A stretch of 63,577 nt of DNA, counting the filler, from Octopus bimaculoides (lineage: Eukaryota), in assembly GCF_001194135.2 (NCBI RefSeq). It is 6 parts of 4 records of this genome, joined end to end, with 100 filler letters (N's around TTAATTAATTAA, not from the genome) between each part and the next. Parts side by side here need not be neighbours in the genome. Positions count along the whole stretch, not along the records: positions 48,119 to 58,962 come from NC_068986.1; positions 59,063 to 61,619 come from NC_069007.1; positions 61,720 to 63,577 come from NC_068986.1; 3 more parts are not named here. One strand, written 5' to 3'. Shown here in pieces: positions 51,331 through 63,577 of this stretch (within the stretch, counting starts at the first letter, position 1; each line of letters begins with the position of its first letter). The position numbers and the translations under genes are program-made. A model generated the notes under the pieces. It did no database searches and was not told where the DNA came from. It saw only the letters and a list, made by a program, of their open reading frames with translations.

Positions 51331-52209
51331 TTTTATCTACTACAAGTAACTAAGATATTATTTTTAAACAACCAAGGGGAATAGCCCATTCATGTTCCTC
51401 AATTATTTCGTAAAAATGAAATTGAGTATGCTTTATTCTTAGTATTTGAACTATTTGAGTTATTTTCGCAACTGATCCAGTACAACGCTTAAACATGTAG
51501 ATAGTATTTTCCTAAACAATAGATCCACTACTTTCGATTAGTGATTTATTCACGAATGTACCAACACTAGCACCACTGAGGGTAATATTCTCTGCGAACG
51601 CACAAAAGCTTTTTTCAGAGTTGTTTACTTTGAATTGTCATTATCTCATATCTGATTAGCCTGTTATCACGTAACATGCTTCACGATTTTAGTATACATA
51701 CCTTATTAGTATTTCCTCCTAAGTTCTATATACTCTGGGAACGCATTACAGCCCTTTTCGGAGCTACTTTATTTAAATTCTTACTATCGGGTAATGAATT
51801 TCATGTCATTACATAACTGACTTCACAATTTGGGTATTCATAACTTATTGGGAATTCCTGAAAACAATATCCTGTAAAATAGTTCGGTATTCTCAATAAA
51901 TGCACAAAAACTGTTTTAAGGGCTGCATACTTTCTATTGTTGTTACTAGATTAGTGAAACAATTATGAGAACGGAACCAANNNNNNNNNNNNNNNNNNNN
52001 NNNNNNNNNNNNNNNNNNNNNNNNNNNNNNNNNNNNNNNNNNNNNNNNNNNNNNNNNNNNNNNNNNNNNNNNNNNNNNNNNNNNNNNNNNNNNNNNNNNN
52101 NNNNNNNNNNNNNNNNNNNNNNNNNNNNTATACATATATTCACATACATATATACATATATATCTATACATTTATACATATACATCTATATATATATACA
52201 TGTGCAGAT

Positions 52210-52297
<88 letters not shown>

Positions 52298-52637
52298 GTG
52301 TATGTGTGTATATATATGTGTGCTCTTCATGTATAGACAATTTCTTTCTTGCATAACTAAAATAGTTTTAAGCTATATTGATTTTATAAATTACAATATT
52401 ACTCCTCTTATAACTCTCCTATATCGCTGTTTATATTTTATCTAATATGAATAATATAATGCATCTAATAATAATAATAATAATTGATTCATTTGTATGC
52501 TTATACATGCATTTATGTATGTACATTTAAGTGTAGGTATATGTATTTATGTATATTTATGTATATGTATGTATATGTAAAAGTATATATATATGTGTGT
52601 ATTTATATTTATAACATAACCTTATGTACTTTCTAAA

Positions 52638-52761
52638 ATCTCTGACGAAGCCTAAATAAACACCCAAGTACCTCAATTTCATCTACTAATTACTTCAGTC
52701 CACTGGAGGGATAAAGGTACAATGAGGTATTTTTGCCTCTTGGCTGAAACAACTGTAAGAT
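52638..52761 (+). ncRNA. Type I hammerhead-like motif with long structured stem II insert
   Basis: atct-CTGACGA-agcc-[~90 nt incl. tacctca/tgaggta]-ggct-GAAA-c-aact-g-TA-agat. Canonical core, GUA triplet. Confidence 0.7.
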
Positions 52762-52951
52762 ATTATCCCAATTTTATTGCTATATGTTATATTAGTGATA
52801 TTTTATATTTTTATATATTATATATGTAAAGCATAATATGTCATACATGTATGTATATTGTTATAATTGTCCTTTTAGTAAATAAATATTGACATAATAT
52901 GATGTCTATAAGTTGATGAATACCACCTATTGATCCCCTTCATTTTCTTAT

Positions 52952-52993
<42 letters not shown>

Positions 52994-53124
52994 NNNNNNN
53001 NNNNNNNNNNNNNNNNNNNNNNNNNNNNNNNNNNNNNNNNNNNNNNNNNNNNNNNNNNNNNNNNNNNNNNNNNNNNNNNNNNNNNNNNNNNNNNNNNNNN
53101 NNNNNNNNNNNNNNNNNNNNNNNN

Positions 53125-53157
<33 letters not shown>

Positions 53158-53198
53158 GTATATAATGTATGTATATATGTATGTATGTAGGCATTATA

Positions 53199-53513
53199 TA
53201 TGAGATACCAGTTTCACTTTCATAGTTTCAGTATTAATAGTTAAACTATTAAAGTGAAAGTATCTGACATTACAGCAGAGAGATGTTATTGTTTCACATT
53301 TGATACGTAATACTAAAATAGTGGAAGAGATAAGAGATTGCTCCAGGCTCGCATTAGGTAAGACGTTGAAAATATTTTGAGCCCATGACACTACCTGGAC
53401 CTTAAGTAAGACATGTGAAAAAATTTGAACGAAACCGGTTGTGTAGTTCTCGAGTCTTAGGGATTCACACAGACAGACATACAGACACACATTCTGATAT
53501 TTATATATATAGA
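53199..53513 (-). mobile_element. Helitron-like 5' segment, copy 3
   Basis: Homologous to copies 1 and 2; begins A|TCTATATATATAAAT. Confidence 0.7.
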
Positions 53514-53545
53514 TATATATATATATATATACATCTATATAGATA

Positions 53546-53581
<36 letters not shown>

Positions 53582-53879
53582 CATATACGTCTATATATCC
53601 ATATATATATATATATATATATACATATGTATATTTATACACATATATACATACATGTATATAGATATGTATACATATATATACATACATGTATATACAT
53701 AAATATAGACACATATATATACAAATGTATACATATAATATACATCCATAATAAGCATATAATATACATACATATACATAAACACGTATAGATAAAATAT
53801 ACATACACATATATATATACATAAATATATATACATTTATGTATATATACATCCATATACATACATTAATATATCGTAG

Positions 53880-54296
<417 letters not shown>

Positions 54297-54311
54297 TACA
54301 TACATTTATAC

Positions 54312-54343
<32 letters not shown>

Positions 54344-54355
54344 GCATATATGTAT

Positions 54356-54790
54356 GTTGTCCACTGTGGTCTCCTCACACGAAACAAAGTAACATGAAAA
54401 TTGAAGCCCCTCCAAGGTCGATTACAGAAAAAGATAGATAGCATGACAAGCCTTGATTATTTGGGCTCGACTAGAAAAGCTCAAATATTATTCCCTCAAA
54501 CGCCGACGTGAGCGCTACATTATCTGCATTGCCCAAATGATATTGGCATCGCCTTTCAGATACACCCATTACTTGGACACCGTACTTTCCGCCCACAACA
54601 TAAATCATACTCGTATCATATAACAACAATACATCACAGTTATTTCAACAGAAACAGACCCCATAAAGTTCAAGAAGTCATGGAACAAATTCTTTAAAAA
54701 AATTCCGAATAAATCTCGTACACCCGGATATGTCTCCATAAACAATAACTCTCTCCTCGAGTGAGCCATGTTGTCTGATAACTGATTTGA
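54356..54790 (+). mobile_element. CR1/L2-group LINE 3' fragment
   Basis: [10 protein letters not shown]...KIEAP.RSITEK, RLEKLKYYSLKRRRERYII, ETDPIKFKKS. Confidence 0.75.
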
Positions 54791-54909
54791 ATGACTTTGG
54801 CAGGTGGTGCTATTAAGTTAGGCAAGGCCTGGGGGCAATACAGGCCGAAACCTATCAAAGTGTTTGTGTATGTATGTATGTATGTATGTATGTACGTACG
54901 TATGTATGT

Positions 54910-55840
54910 AAGAAGCATTTGCCTGGACAAGACTGTTGTAATGTTCCAGCCTGCACCAGGAAATCCATATGTGAAACCAGCTATCTTGGTTGAAGGAACA
55001 ATTCTGAAGGTAGTAGACAAGTTTGTCTACCTGGGCAGCATACTCAGACGTTCTTGCTCCTTGGATGAGGAAATATATTTCAGGTTGCAGAGAGCAACTA
55101 ATTCCTTCCGGTCTCTCCAGTCTCGTGTCTGGTCCCAGCATGGCATCGCAAGGCAAACAAAAGTTGCTGTGTACCGTGCATGTGTACTGACATCGCTCCT
55201 CTATTCATGTGAGACATGGACTCTGCACAAATGTCAGGTAGGGTCCTTGAACGCTTTCATCAGAGATGTCTCAGACACATTCTCAATGTTGGCTGAACTT
55301 CAAAGATTCCAGACACACAGGTCCTGAGGACAGCTGATATCTTGAATATTAAGACAATGGTGCACAAGTACCGATTACGTTGGACTGGACACCTTATTAG
55401 AATGAAGGATAGCAGGATTCCTAAGCAGATGCTATATGGGGAACTTGTGAATGGAAGGAGACTCCGGCAGAAACCAAGGCTGCGATTTAAGGACTGTGTC
55501 AAGTCCTCATTAAAGGCCTGTGATATGCAGGTCACTGACTGGGAGAACAATGCCTGTCATCCCCACAGATGGAGGAAGCAGATTAAGGAGGGGATCGACA
55601 GTTTTGAGAGAGCAAGTATCCAGCATGAAGAACTTAAGCGAGCTGCGCGAAAGCGCACGGCTCGTATAGTGAATGGGGAAAGCTTGGTCTGCAATGTTTG
55701 CAGTCGTGTATGCTTGTCTTGAGCAGGACTCATTAGCCACCAATGGAACCGCAAATGCAAAATATAAGTTAGTCCTAGAGCGCACAGTGTTCCTGAAGGT
55801 CGGCAATGGTCTTCTTCGGTCACGAGTGGATGGCCATCAT
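54910..55840 (+). mobile_element. RTE (BovB-like) LINE 3' fragment
   Basis: KFVYLGSIL...VYRACVLTSLLYSCETWT, RLRWTGHLIRMKDSRIPKQMLYGEL, C-terminal CNVCSRVC...GLISH zinc finger, (CAT)n tail. Confidence 0.92.
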
Positions 55841-55974
55841 CATGTATGTATGTATGTATGTATGTATGTATGTATGTATGTATGTGTGTGTGTGTGTTTG
55901 TATTATGTATATATATATTCATACATATTAAATACGTATATACATACCCCCATATATATATATATATATGTCCA

Positions 55975-56170
55975 TCTTTATCTTGTTATCTTTTCCTTGT
56001 TTCAGTCATCAGAATGCGACATGCTGGGGCATTGCCGTGAAGAATTTTGGTCGAACGGATAGAACTCAGTACTTGTTATCTTTGAAAGCCAGATACTTAT
56101 TCTGCTGGTGACTATTGGCGAAACGGTAACATACGGGGGCGTAAACACACCAAAACCGGTTGTCAGGCAT
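55975..56170 (-). mobile_element. SINE module C, diverged
   Basis: ttgtttcagtcat...catgctgg...gtaaacacaccaaaaccggttgtcagg. Confidence 0.7.
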
Positions 56171-56303
56171 GGTCGTAGACCAATAAGTGAAATATATAAG
56201 AGACGAAATATATATGTATAGGATTACTCAACGCTTTTTCTAGAGAACATGTTAATTAATTTCTACCACGAGGACAATATTTCAGCCTGAGCGCTGTCAT
56301 TCA

Positions 56304-56425
<122 letters not shown>

Positions 56426-57505
56426 ACACATGTGTGTCTGTGTGTGTGCGTGTGTGTATATATATATATAGATATATATGCACACATACATGCATATCTA
56501 TCTATCTATGTATATATATATATATATATACATACATACATACATACACATATATATAGANNNNNNNNNNNNNNNNNNNNNNNNNNNNNNNNNNNNNNNN
56601 NNNNNNNNNNNNNNNNNNNNNNNNNNNNNNNNNNNNNNNNNNNNNNNNNNNNNNNNNNNNNNNNNNNNNNNNNNNNNNNNNNNNNNNNNNNNNNNNNNNN
56701 NNNNNNNNNNNNNNNNNNNNNNNNNNNNNNNNNNNNNNNNNNNNNNNNNNNNNNNNNNNNNNNNNNNNNNNNNNNNNNNNNNNNNNNNNNNNNNNNNNNN
56801 NNNNNNNNNNNNNNNNNNNNNNNNNNNNNNNNNNNNNNNNNNNNNNNNNNNNNNNNNNNNNNNNNNNNNNNNNNNNNNNNNNNNNNNNNNNNNNNNNNNN
56901 NNNNNNNNNNNNNNNNNNNNNNNNNNNNNNNNNNNNNNNNNNNNNNNNNNNNNNNNNNNNNNNNNNNNNNNNNNNNNNNNNNNNNNNNNNNNNNNNNNNN
57001 NNNNNNNNNNNNNNNNNNNNNNNNNNNNNNNNNNNNNNNNNNNNNNNNNNNNNNNNNNNNNNNNNNNNNNNNNNNNNNNNNNNNNNNNNNNNNNNNNNNN
57101 NNNNNNNNNNNNNNNNNNNNNNNNNNNNNNNNNNNNNNNNNNNNNNNNNNNNNNNNNNNNNNNNNNNNNNNNNNNNNNNNNNNNNNNNNNNNNNNNNNNN
57201 NNNNNNNNNNNNNNNNNNNNNNNNNNNNNNNNNNNNNNNNNNNNNNNNNNNNNNNNNNNNNNNNNNNNNNNNNNNTAATAATAATAATAATAATACAAAT
57301 GATATATGAGCATATGCATGTATACATACATATATTCACATACCTACATCTACATGTATATATAGATGCATATCCGGGTACAGGACGTCAGAAAAGGAAC
57401 GGGAACATAAAGCACAAAAACGGACTTTCCTTTTACAGACAACAGAATGAACACATAGGAAAACAGACGAGCCACTTATGGAACTTCTCCTTCATATATA
57501 TATAT

Positions 57506-57544
<39 letters not shown>

Positions 57545-57775
57545 TGTTGCTGATAATATGCCTGATGACACAATTAGTGTTCAGGTTGTCTTCCTGCCTG
57601 TATTCCAACTTGAACTTAAAATACGAAAATATTACAGCTGCCAATAGTGAATCCTGAGGATTGTATACTAGTACACATGTATTAGTGGAGCTAGTACATG
57701 TATACTAGAATGTATAATAGAATAGACAAGGAAACAACTAATATCCGGTGAAATAATGTCATTTATATATTTGTG

Positions 57776-57945
57776 TAAGGCGGCGAGCCGGCTGAATCGT
57801 ACAGAGTTCAAATTCCACCGGCGTCAATTTTGCCTTTTATCCTTTCAGGATCGATAAAATAATTAGCAGTAGATCTCTGGAGTCGATATAATCGATTTAC
57901 CATTCTCTAGAAATTACTGGCCCGTGCCAAAATTTGAAACCAGTA
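57776..57945 (+). mobile_element. SINE family A, internally deleted
   Basis: aaggcggcgagc...gagttcaaattccaccggcgtcaattttgcc...tcgataaaat. Confidence 0.75.
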
Positions 57946-58311
57946 TAGTTACATTTTTATATTGCTTATAGGAAGAGAAGAATGATTTAAGGAGTATAAA
58001 TCACAATAGATCGTAAAAAGATTTGTGCTATAGTAGGATACACTGGCCTAAGGTGCTGCGTCGCGCTGTGGAACGGAATCCGGAACTACATGGTAAATAC
58101 GTCACATGCACACGCGCGCGAGCAGACGCATATACGAGAATATTTCATTTTCGAACACCTTGTAGAATATATAAAAATCAGTGTTTAATAAACAAGGCGA
58201 TATTAATGAAAAAGTTTCCACAAAACAACGAGAAATAATTCTCATCTTTTTTTTTGTTTTGATTTTAGTTCTTAAGGCACGAGTAAATTTTTTCGCGAAA
58301 TATCAACAATA

Positions 58312-58481
58312 GGTGCAGGAGTGACTGTGTGGTAAATAGCTTGCTTACCAACCACATGGTTCTGGGTTCAGGATCACTGCGTGGCACCTTGGGCAAGTGT
58401 CTTCTACTATAGCCTCGGGCCGACCAAAGCCTTGTGAGTGGATTTGGTAGACGGAAACTGAAAGAAGCCCGTCGTATATAT

Positions 58482-58515
<34 letters not shown>

Positions 58516-58725
58516 TTGTGTGTTTATGTTTGTCTCCCCACCATCGCTTGACAACCGATGGCGGTGTGTTTACGTCCTCGTAACTTAGCGGTTCGGCAAA
58601 AGAAACCGATAGAATAAGTACTAGGCTACCAAAGAATATGTCTTGGGGTCGATTTGCTCGACTAAAGGCATTGCTCCAGCATGGCCGCAGTCAAATGACT
58701 GAAACAAGTAAAAGAGTAAAAGAGA
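58312..58725 (+). mobile_element. Composite SINE: family B head + microsatellite + module C
   Basis: Colinear with 50019-50420, with a longer (TA) tract. Confidence 0.9.
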
Positions 58726-59499
58726 GAGTAATAGTTGAATATTCTTAATATACATTTCCAATATGGTTGTTACTGGTATCATTGATATTGAATATTCTAT
58801 CAGCATCGCTATCGTTTTCATAAAAGTTTTCTTCATAATTACATGCATACAAAACATATATACACATACTCATACATACACACACACATACACACATACA
58901 CACACACACATGAATATATGAATATATGCATGCATGTGTGTGTGTGTGTGTATGAATATATANNNNNNNNNNNNNNNNNNNNNNNNNNNNNNNNNNNNNN
59001 NNNNNNTTAATTAATTAANNNNNNNNNNNNNNNNNNNNNNNNNNNNNNNNNNNNNNNNNNNNCATACATACACACACGCCCACACATACATACACACAGA
59101 CATACACACAGACATACATACACTCGTACACACACACACATACCTACATACACGCATACACATACATACACACATATACACACAGACATACATACACACA
59201 TACATACACACAGACATACACACACACGCATACATACACACACGCCCACACATACATACACACAGACATACATACACACAGACATATATACACACAGACA
59301 TACATACACTTGCACATACATACACACAGACATACATACACTCGTACACACACACACACACATACACACCCACACATACACACACATCTATATACACACA
59401 CCGAGAGGCAGGCCTCGTCTCTCTGTCTCTGTTTGTTTTGCTCTGGTATTGTTTGTTCATCTCATCCAGTTTCTTCCAGTGTTGGGGAGAAGGTAATTA

Positions 59500-60140
59500 G
59501 GCTTGGTCAACGGTATCAACGCCATCGCTACCATCCGAACCACCACCACCACCACCATTGCTGTTACTACCATCACCGCTACTACCATCGCCACCACAAC
59601 AACTACTCCTACTCCTACCACCACCACCACCACCACCACCACAACCACCGCCATCACCACTAACACCACCACCGCCACGACCACGACTACGACCACTGCC
59701 ACCACCACTACCACCAACACCAACACCACCACCGCTACCGCCGCCACCGCCACCATCACCACCACAAACACATACACACAGACATACATACACACATCAT
59801 CATCATCATCACCATCACTGTTTGAAACCTTATACCACCATCAATCATGAACTATCGGCACCTCATCTTCATCATGACTACGGTTGTGTCTAATAGAAGT
59901 AACGAAGAGTGTTAACAGAAGTGGTTTTAAGGGTGGTAGGAGGGTGGTGGTGGTGGTGGTAACAGTGTTGACATCCGTGTTAATTGCGATGACAATGGTG
60001 GAGATAATGGGAGTGGTGATGACGATGATGATGAGGATGCCGATGATAATGAGGATGACGATGACTATGATGATGATGATGATGATGACAATATCTATTC
60101 TTATTTTCCTCCTCATCACCACCACCACCACCACCACCAA
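59500..60140. repeat. Mosaic (ACC/CAT) then (GGT/GAT) trinucleotide arrays
   Basis: Directly visible. Confidence 0.92.
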
Positions 60141-60154
60141 AATTACTAATCTTT

Positions 60155-60365
60155 AAATGTAGTTCTCAGGGAGATTTAGCATGACACAGAGAATGACAAG
60201 GCCGGCCCTTTGGATTATTGGTACAACTCATTTTCGCCAGCTGAGTGGACCGGAGCAACGGGAAATAAAGTGTCTTGCTCAGGAACACAACGTCCCACCG
60301 GAAATCGAATTCGAGACCTTACGATGGCGAGCCGAATACCCTAACCACTAAACTACGTCCCTCAC
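60155..60365 (-). mobile_element. SINE with family E head/centre and family D-like body
   Basis: Minus strand: tagtttagtggttaggg...ttcgatttcc...tgagcaagacactttatttcccgttgctcc...aaagggccggccttgtca...gtgtcatgctaaatctccctgagaactac. Confidence 0.7.
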
Positions 60366-60678
60366 TCAGTAACAACAACAACAGCAACAGCAGCAGAGGA
60401 AGCGGAGTCTGAAACCAATGGTAATGCGCACTAAACACTCGACAGTTTCACGGTGTTCCCACTGATTACAACAGTCAGAGCTCCAGTGATCCTCTCATAA
60501 ACACAGGTTGGTTACGATTCAATCAACCACGCGTGATCTTACACGTCTCCGTCATAGCCAAACCATCTTTCTTATTTTAGGCATTGTCTATCTAAGAGTA
60601 CATGATGTATTGTGTCCTTCCTTGTTCAAGGCAGTGATGTGTTATTTGAAGGGTTTTGGACTTATTACTAGCAGGTCT

Positions 60679-61063
60679 GTTGTTGTTGGCACTCCGTCGG
60701 TTGCGACGACGAGTGTTCCAGTTGATCCGATCAACAGAACAGCCTGCTCGTGAAATTAACGTGCAAGTGGCTGAGCACTCCACAGACACGTGTACCCTTA
60801 ACGTAGTTCTCGGGGATATTCAGTGTGACACAGTGTGACAAGGCTGACCCTTTGAATTACAGGCACAACAGAAACAGGAAGTAAGAGTAAGAGAAAGTTG
60901 TGGTGGAGGAGTACAGCAGGGTTCGCCACCATCCCCTGCCGGAGCCTCGTGGAGCTTTAGGTGTTTTCACTCAATAAACACTCACAACGCCCGGTCTGGG
61001 AATCGAAACCGCGATCCTATGACCGCGAGTCCGCTGCCCTAACCACTGGGCCATTGCGCCTCC
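60679..61063 (-). mobile_element. tRNA-derived SINE (family D), full length
   Basis: Minus strand: ggaggcgcaatggcccagtggttagggcagcggac...ggtttcgattcc...gacggagtgccaacaacaac. Confidence 0.92.
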
Positions 61064-61282
61064 ACTCTAGCAGGTCTAATGACTGCTTATCGGCTCCCTA
61101 CCAACACAGATCGATAATCTGTATTCGTGATTAGCCTCAGACCAATCGTATTCTAGCAGACCTATGATCAAAGAGGTTCCAGTTTTGACCATCCCATCCT
61201 TTCCCCAGTCATTGTGTATCTGGGACTACATTATCTAATGCTTCCTACCATTTTTCTAGGCAGTAAGAATTGATTTTGTAAA

Positions 61283-61440
61283 AGCGCGTGCCGTGGCCTA
61301 GTGGTTAGGGCGTTGCACTAACGATCGTAAGATGGCAGTTTCGATTCCAGGTTCGGGTAGTGCGTTGTGTTCTTGAGCAAAACACTTCATTTCACGTTGC
61401 TCCAGTCCACTCGGCTGTAAATGAAGTAATCTTGCGACAG
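61283..61440 (+). mobile_element. SINE family E 5' half
   Basis: gtggcctagtggttaggg...gtttcgattcc...gtgttcttgagcaaaacacttcatttcacgttgctccagtccactc. Confidence 0.8.
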
Positions 61441-61719
61441 AGAGGCGTTCCGATCAGGCGGGGAGGGGGAGGGGGAGGGGTAATGTGATTTTCGATGACC
61501 TGTACGCCATGGAGCCCGGGTAACCAGTCCTAAAATTCCTGGGATAGAAAACAATAATGACCAGGGAGACTCTATTTGGTGCCAGTTCTAGCAGCGGGGA
61601 ACGACTACACAGACGCTTTNNNNNNNNNNNNNNNNNNNNNNNNNNNNNNNNNNNNNNNNNNNNTTAATTAATTAANNNNNNNNNNNNNNNNNNNNNNNNN
61701 NNNNNNNNNNNNNNNNNNN

Positions 61720-62100
61720 GGAGGCGCAATGGCCCAGTGGTTAGGGCAGCGGACTGGTGGTCATAGGATCGCGGTTTCGATTCCCATACCGGGCGTTGTG
61801 AGTGTTTATTGAGCGAAAACTCCTAAAGCACCACGAGGCTCCGGCAGAGGATGCTGGCGAACTCTGTTGTACTCTTTCACCACAACTTTCTCTCACTCTT
61901 ACTTCCTGTTTCTGTTGTGCCTGTAATTCAAAGGGTCAGCCTTGTCACATTGTGTCACGCTGAATTTCCCCGAGAACTACGTTAAGGGTACACGTGTCGG
62001 TGGAGTGCTCAGCCACTTGCACGTTAATTTCACGAGCAGGCTGTTCCGTTGATCGGATCAACTGGAACCCTCGACGTCGTAAGCGACGGAATGCCAACAA
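61720..62100 (+). mobile_element. tRNA-derived SINE (family D), full length
   Basis: Inverted homologue of 60679-61063. Confidence 0.92.
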
Positions 62101-62420
62101 CATTATACATACAATGCACAAATACGCAAATACATGGACATTAATATTTAAAGCATATAATCATACACATATATACGATTATAACCATGAATTCGATAAT
62201 ATTTACATTCTAGATAGATAGAAATCTTGTGCCTCTCGTCATCACAACTGTAGTTTATACACATAATTTCTTTTCTCCTGTTAATTGAATTCCTCTTATA
62301 TGCATAACGTATATATATTTATTTAGGGAAGTTTCATCTCCCCAAAAATATCCGGTATAGAACCAGTGTTTCCTTGGATGCAATCATCCCTTTAAAAGCA
62401 TAATATATCCTCTAATCAAA

Positions 62421-62507
<87 letters not shown>

Positions 62508-62769
62508 TACTATATTCGTATATGGAAATAACTGGCTGTCTATCTGTCTATCTACACTCTTAATACGAGTCAATGTATTTGCCTGTTTGTATTTCTGCAT
62601 TATGTTCATTTTTTGTGTAATTTTGATAATTTGTAATAATTGTGTAATGATGAATCTATGAATTTTTTACTAGTGAAAGTGCAGATAACCAAAGTGATAT
62701 TGTTACGACTGGATGTTCGCAAACAATACATGTGAATATATAAATACATACATATGCACACATATCCCT

Positions 62770-63000
62770 TTGAAAATCAAAAGGGAAACAAGATAAATAT
62801 GGATAACTGCACCGAAACAACGACGTTCTATATTCATAATGTAAATTCACTTCGTGCATTTGATTTCGTGAGAAAATTCTTATGTGACAGTCTGGATAAT
62901 CTAGGCTTTTCAGAAAAAGAAACGAATCAACTAACTCGCACATTACAAACACAATCTATATGTAGGACGGTGAAAATAAGCAAGACTTAACACAAATTTA
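62770..63000 (+). mobile_element. Possible 3' end of an RLE-type (R4/NeSL-like) non-LTR retrotransposon
   Basis: Degenerate LKIKRE..DKYG.L.RN..LY and FVRKFLCDSLDNLGFSEKETNQLTRTLQTQSICRTVKISKT resemble the C-terminus of such ORFs (from memory). Confidence 0.42.
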
Positions 63001-63577
63001 AAATGTGGCATTGTTCTATCATTATTCCAACGATAGAGCTTTCCATCTTTGTTTGAAACAAAAGTAACTTATGATAGAAGAGCTTACATGCGTGTAAGCT
63101 TACATACACGCATACATGCATTCACACACACATACATTCGTTTACACATATGCACATGTATAATTTGCATGTAATTATAATCTTTATCCATCGATTCTTT
63201 CTTTCTTTATTTTCTAGTTTTGTAGGCCTTCTGGTGTGAGGAGCAACATAATCAATATATGAGTTCAATAAATCCTATCTTGTTTTTACTTTAGTCTCTT
63301 ACATATAATGCACTTTAGGAATATTTATATGACAACAATTGAGGTGCAATCAGTATCACTACTTTGTCAGTACATATAAACACTGTCAATAATAGCTTCA
63401 GCTATTCACATAACAGGTATGTGTGTGTGTGTGTGTGTGGGTGTTAAATGCATTATAACCATATGTTAAATGTATAGACACTGTAACAATGAAGTCCCGA
63501 CTTATAACTTGTTGCATGGTATCGTAGGCAAATGCTACTTATTATAGCATGTATATACATATTATATATATATATAT

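Noticed and set aside
57553-57585. CCTGATGA followed by a small hairpin
   Set aside because: No downstream GAAA or stem III. The same applies to the ctgatga hits at ~5665 and ~28800 on the minus strand.
61283-61360. tRNA-like cloverleafs (also 11232, 60990-61063, 61720)
   Set aside because: They continue into shared SINE bodies and lack a proper acceptor stem and terminator; SINE heads, not tRNA genes.

Overview
Repeat-dense animal genomic DNA from a draft assembly. About 8.3 kb (~13%) is N gaps, and (TA)n/(CA)n/(TAGA)n/(TACA)n and trinucleotide microsatellites are pervasive. The repeat landscape looks like an octopus/cephalopod genome; this is inference from recalled repeat families, not a database result. 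I find no supportable host protein-coding exon, tRNA or rRNA gene, and most ORF-track entries are microsatellite or gap artefacts. The window holds decayed mobile elements: two Ty3/Gypsy (Mag/K02A2.6-like) LTR retrotransposons, one with both LTRs, PBS, PPT and a 5-bp TSD; a full-length mariner with perfect TIRs; a Tc1 fragment; Helitron RepHel and terminal fragments, including four co-oriented copies; two RTE LINEs; CR1-like, L1/Tx1-like and RLE-like LINE pieces; several MITEs/foldbacks; and over 20 tRNA-derived SINE copies. The most interesting signal is a set of 8 minimal type I hammerhead ribozyme (HHR) motifs in 7 loci and about 6 sequence families, of the Penelope-like element/retrozyme kind with palindromic stem III. 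Two have a U4->C core variant and one a U3-A8 variant. A Penelope-type GIY-YIG remnant is also present. All folds and alignments were done by eye.
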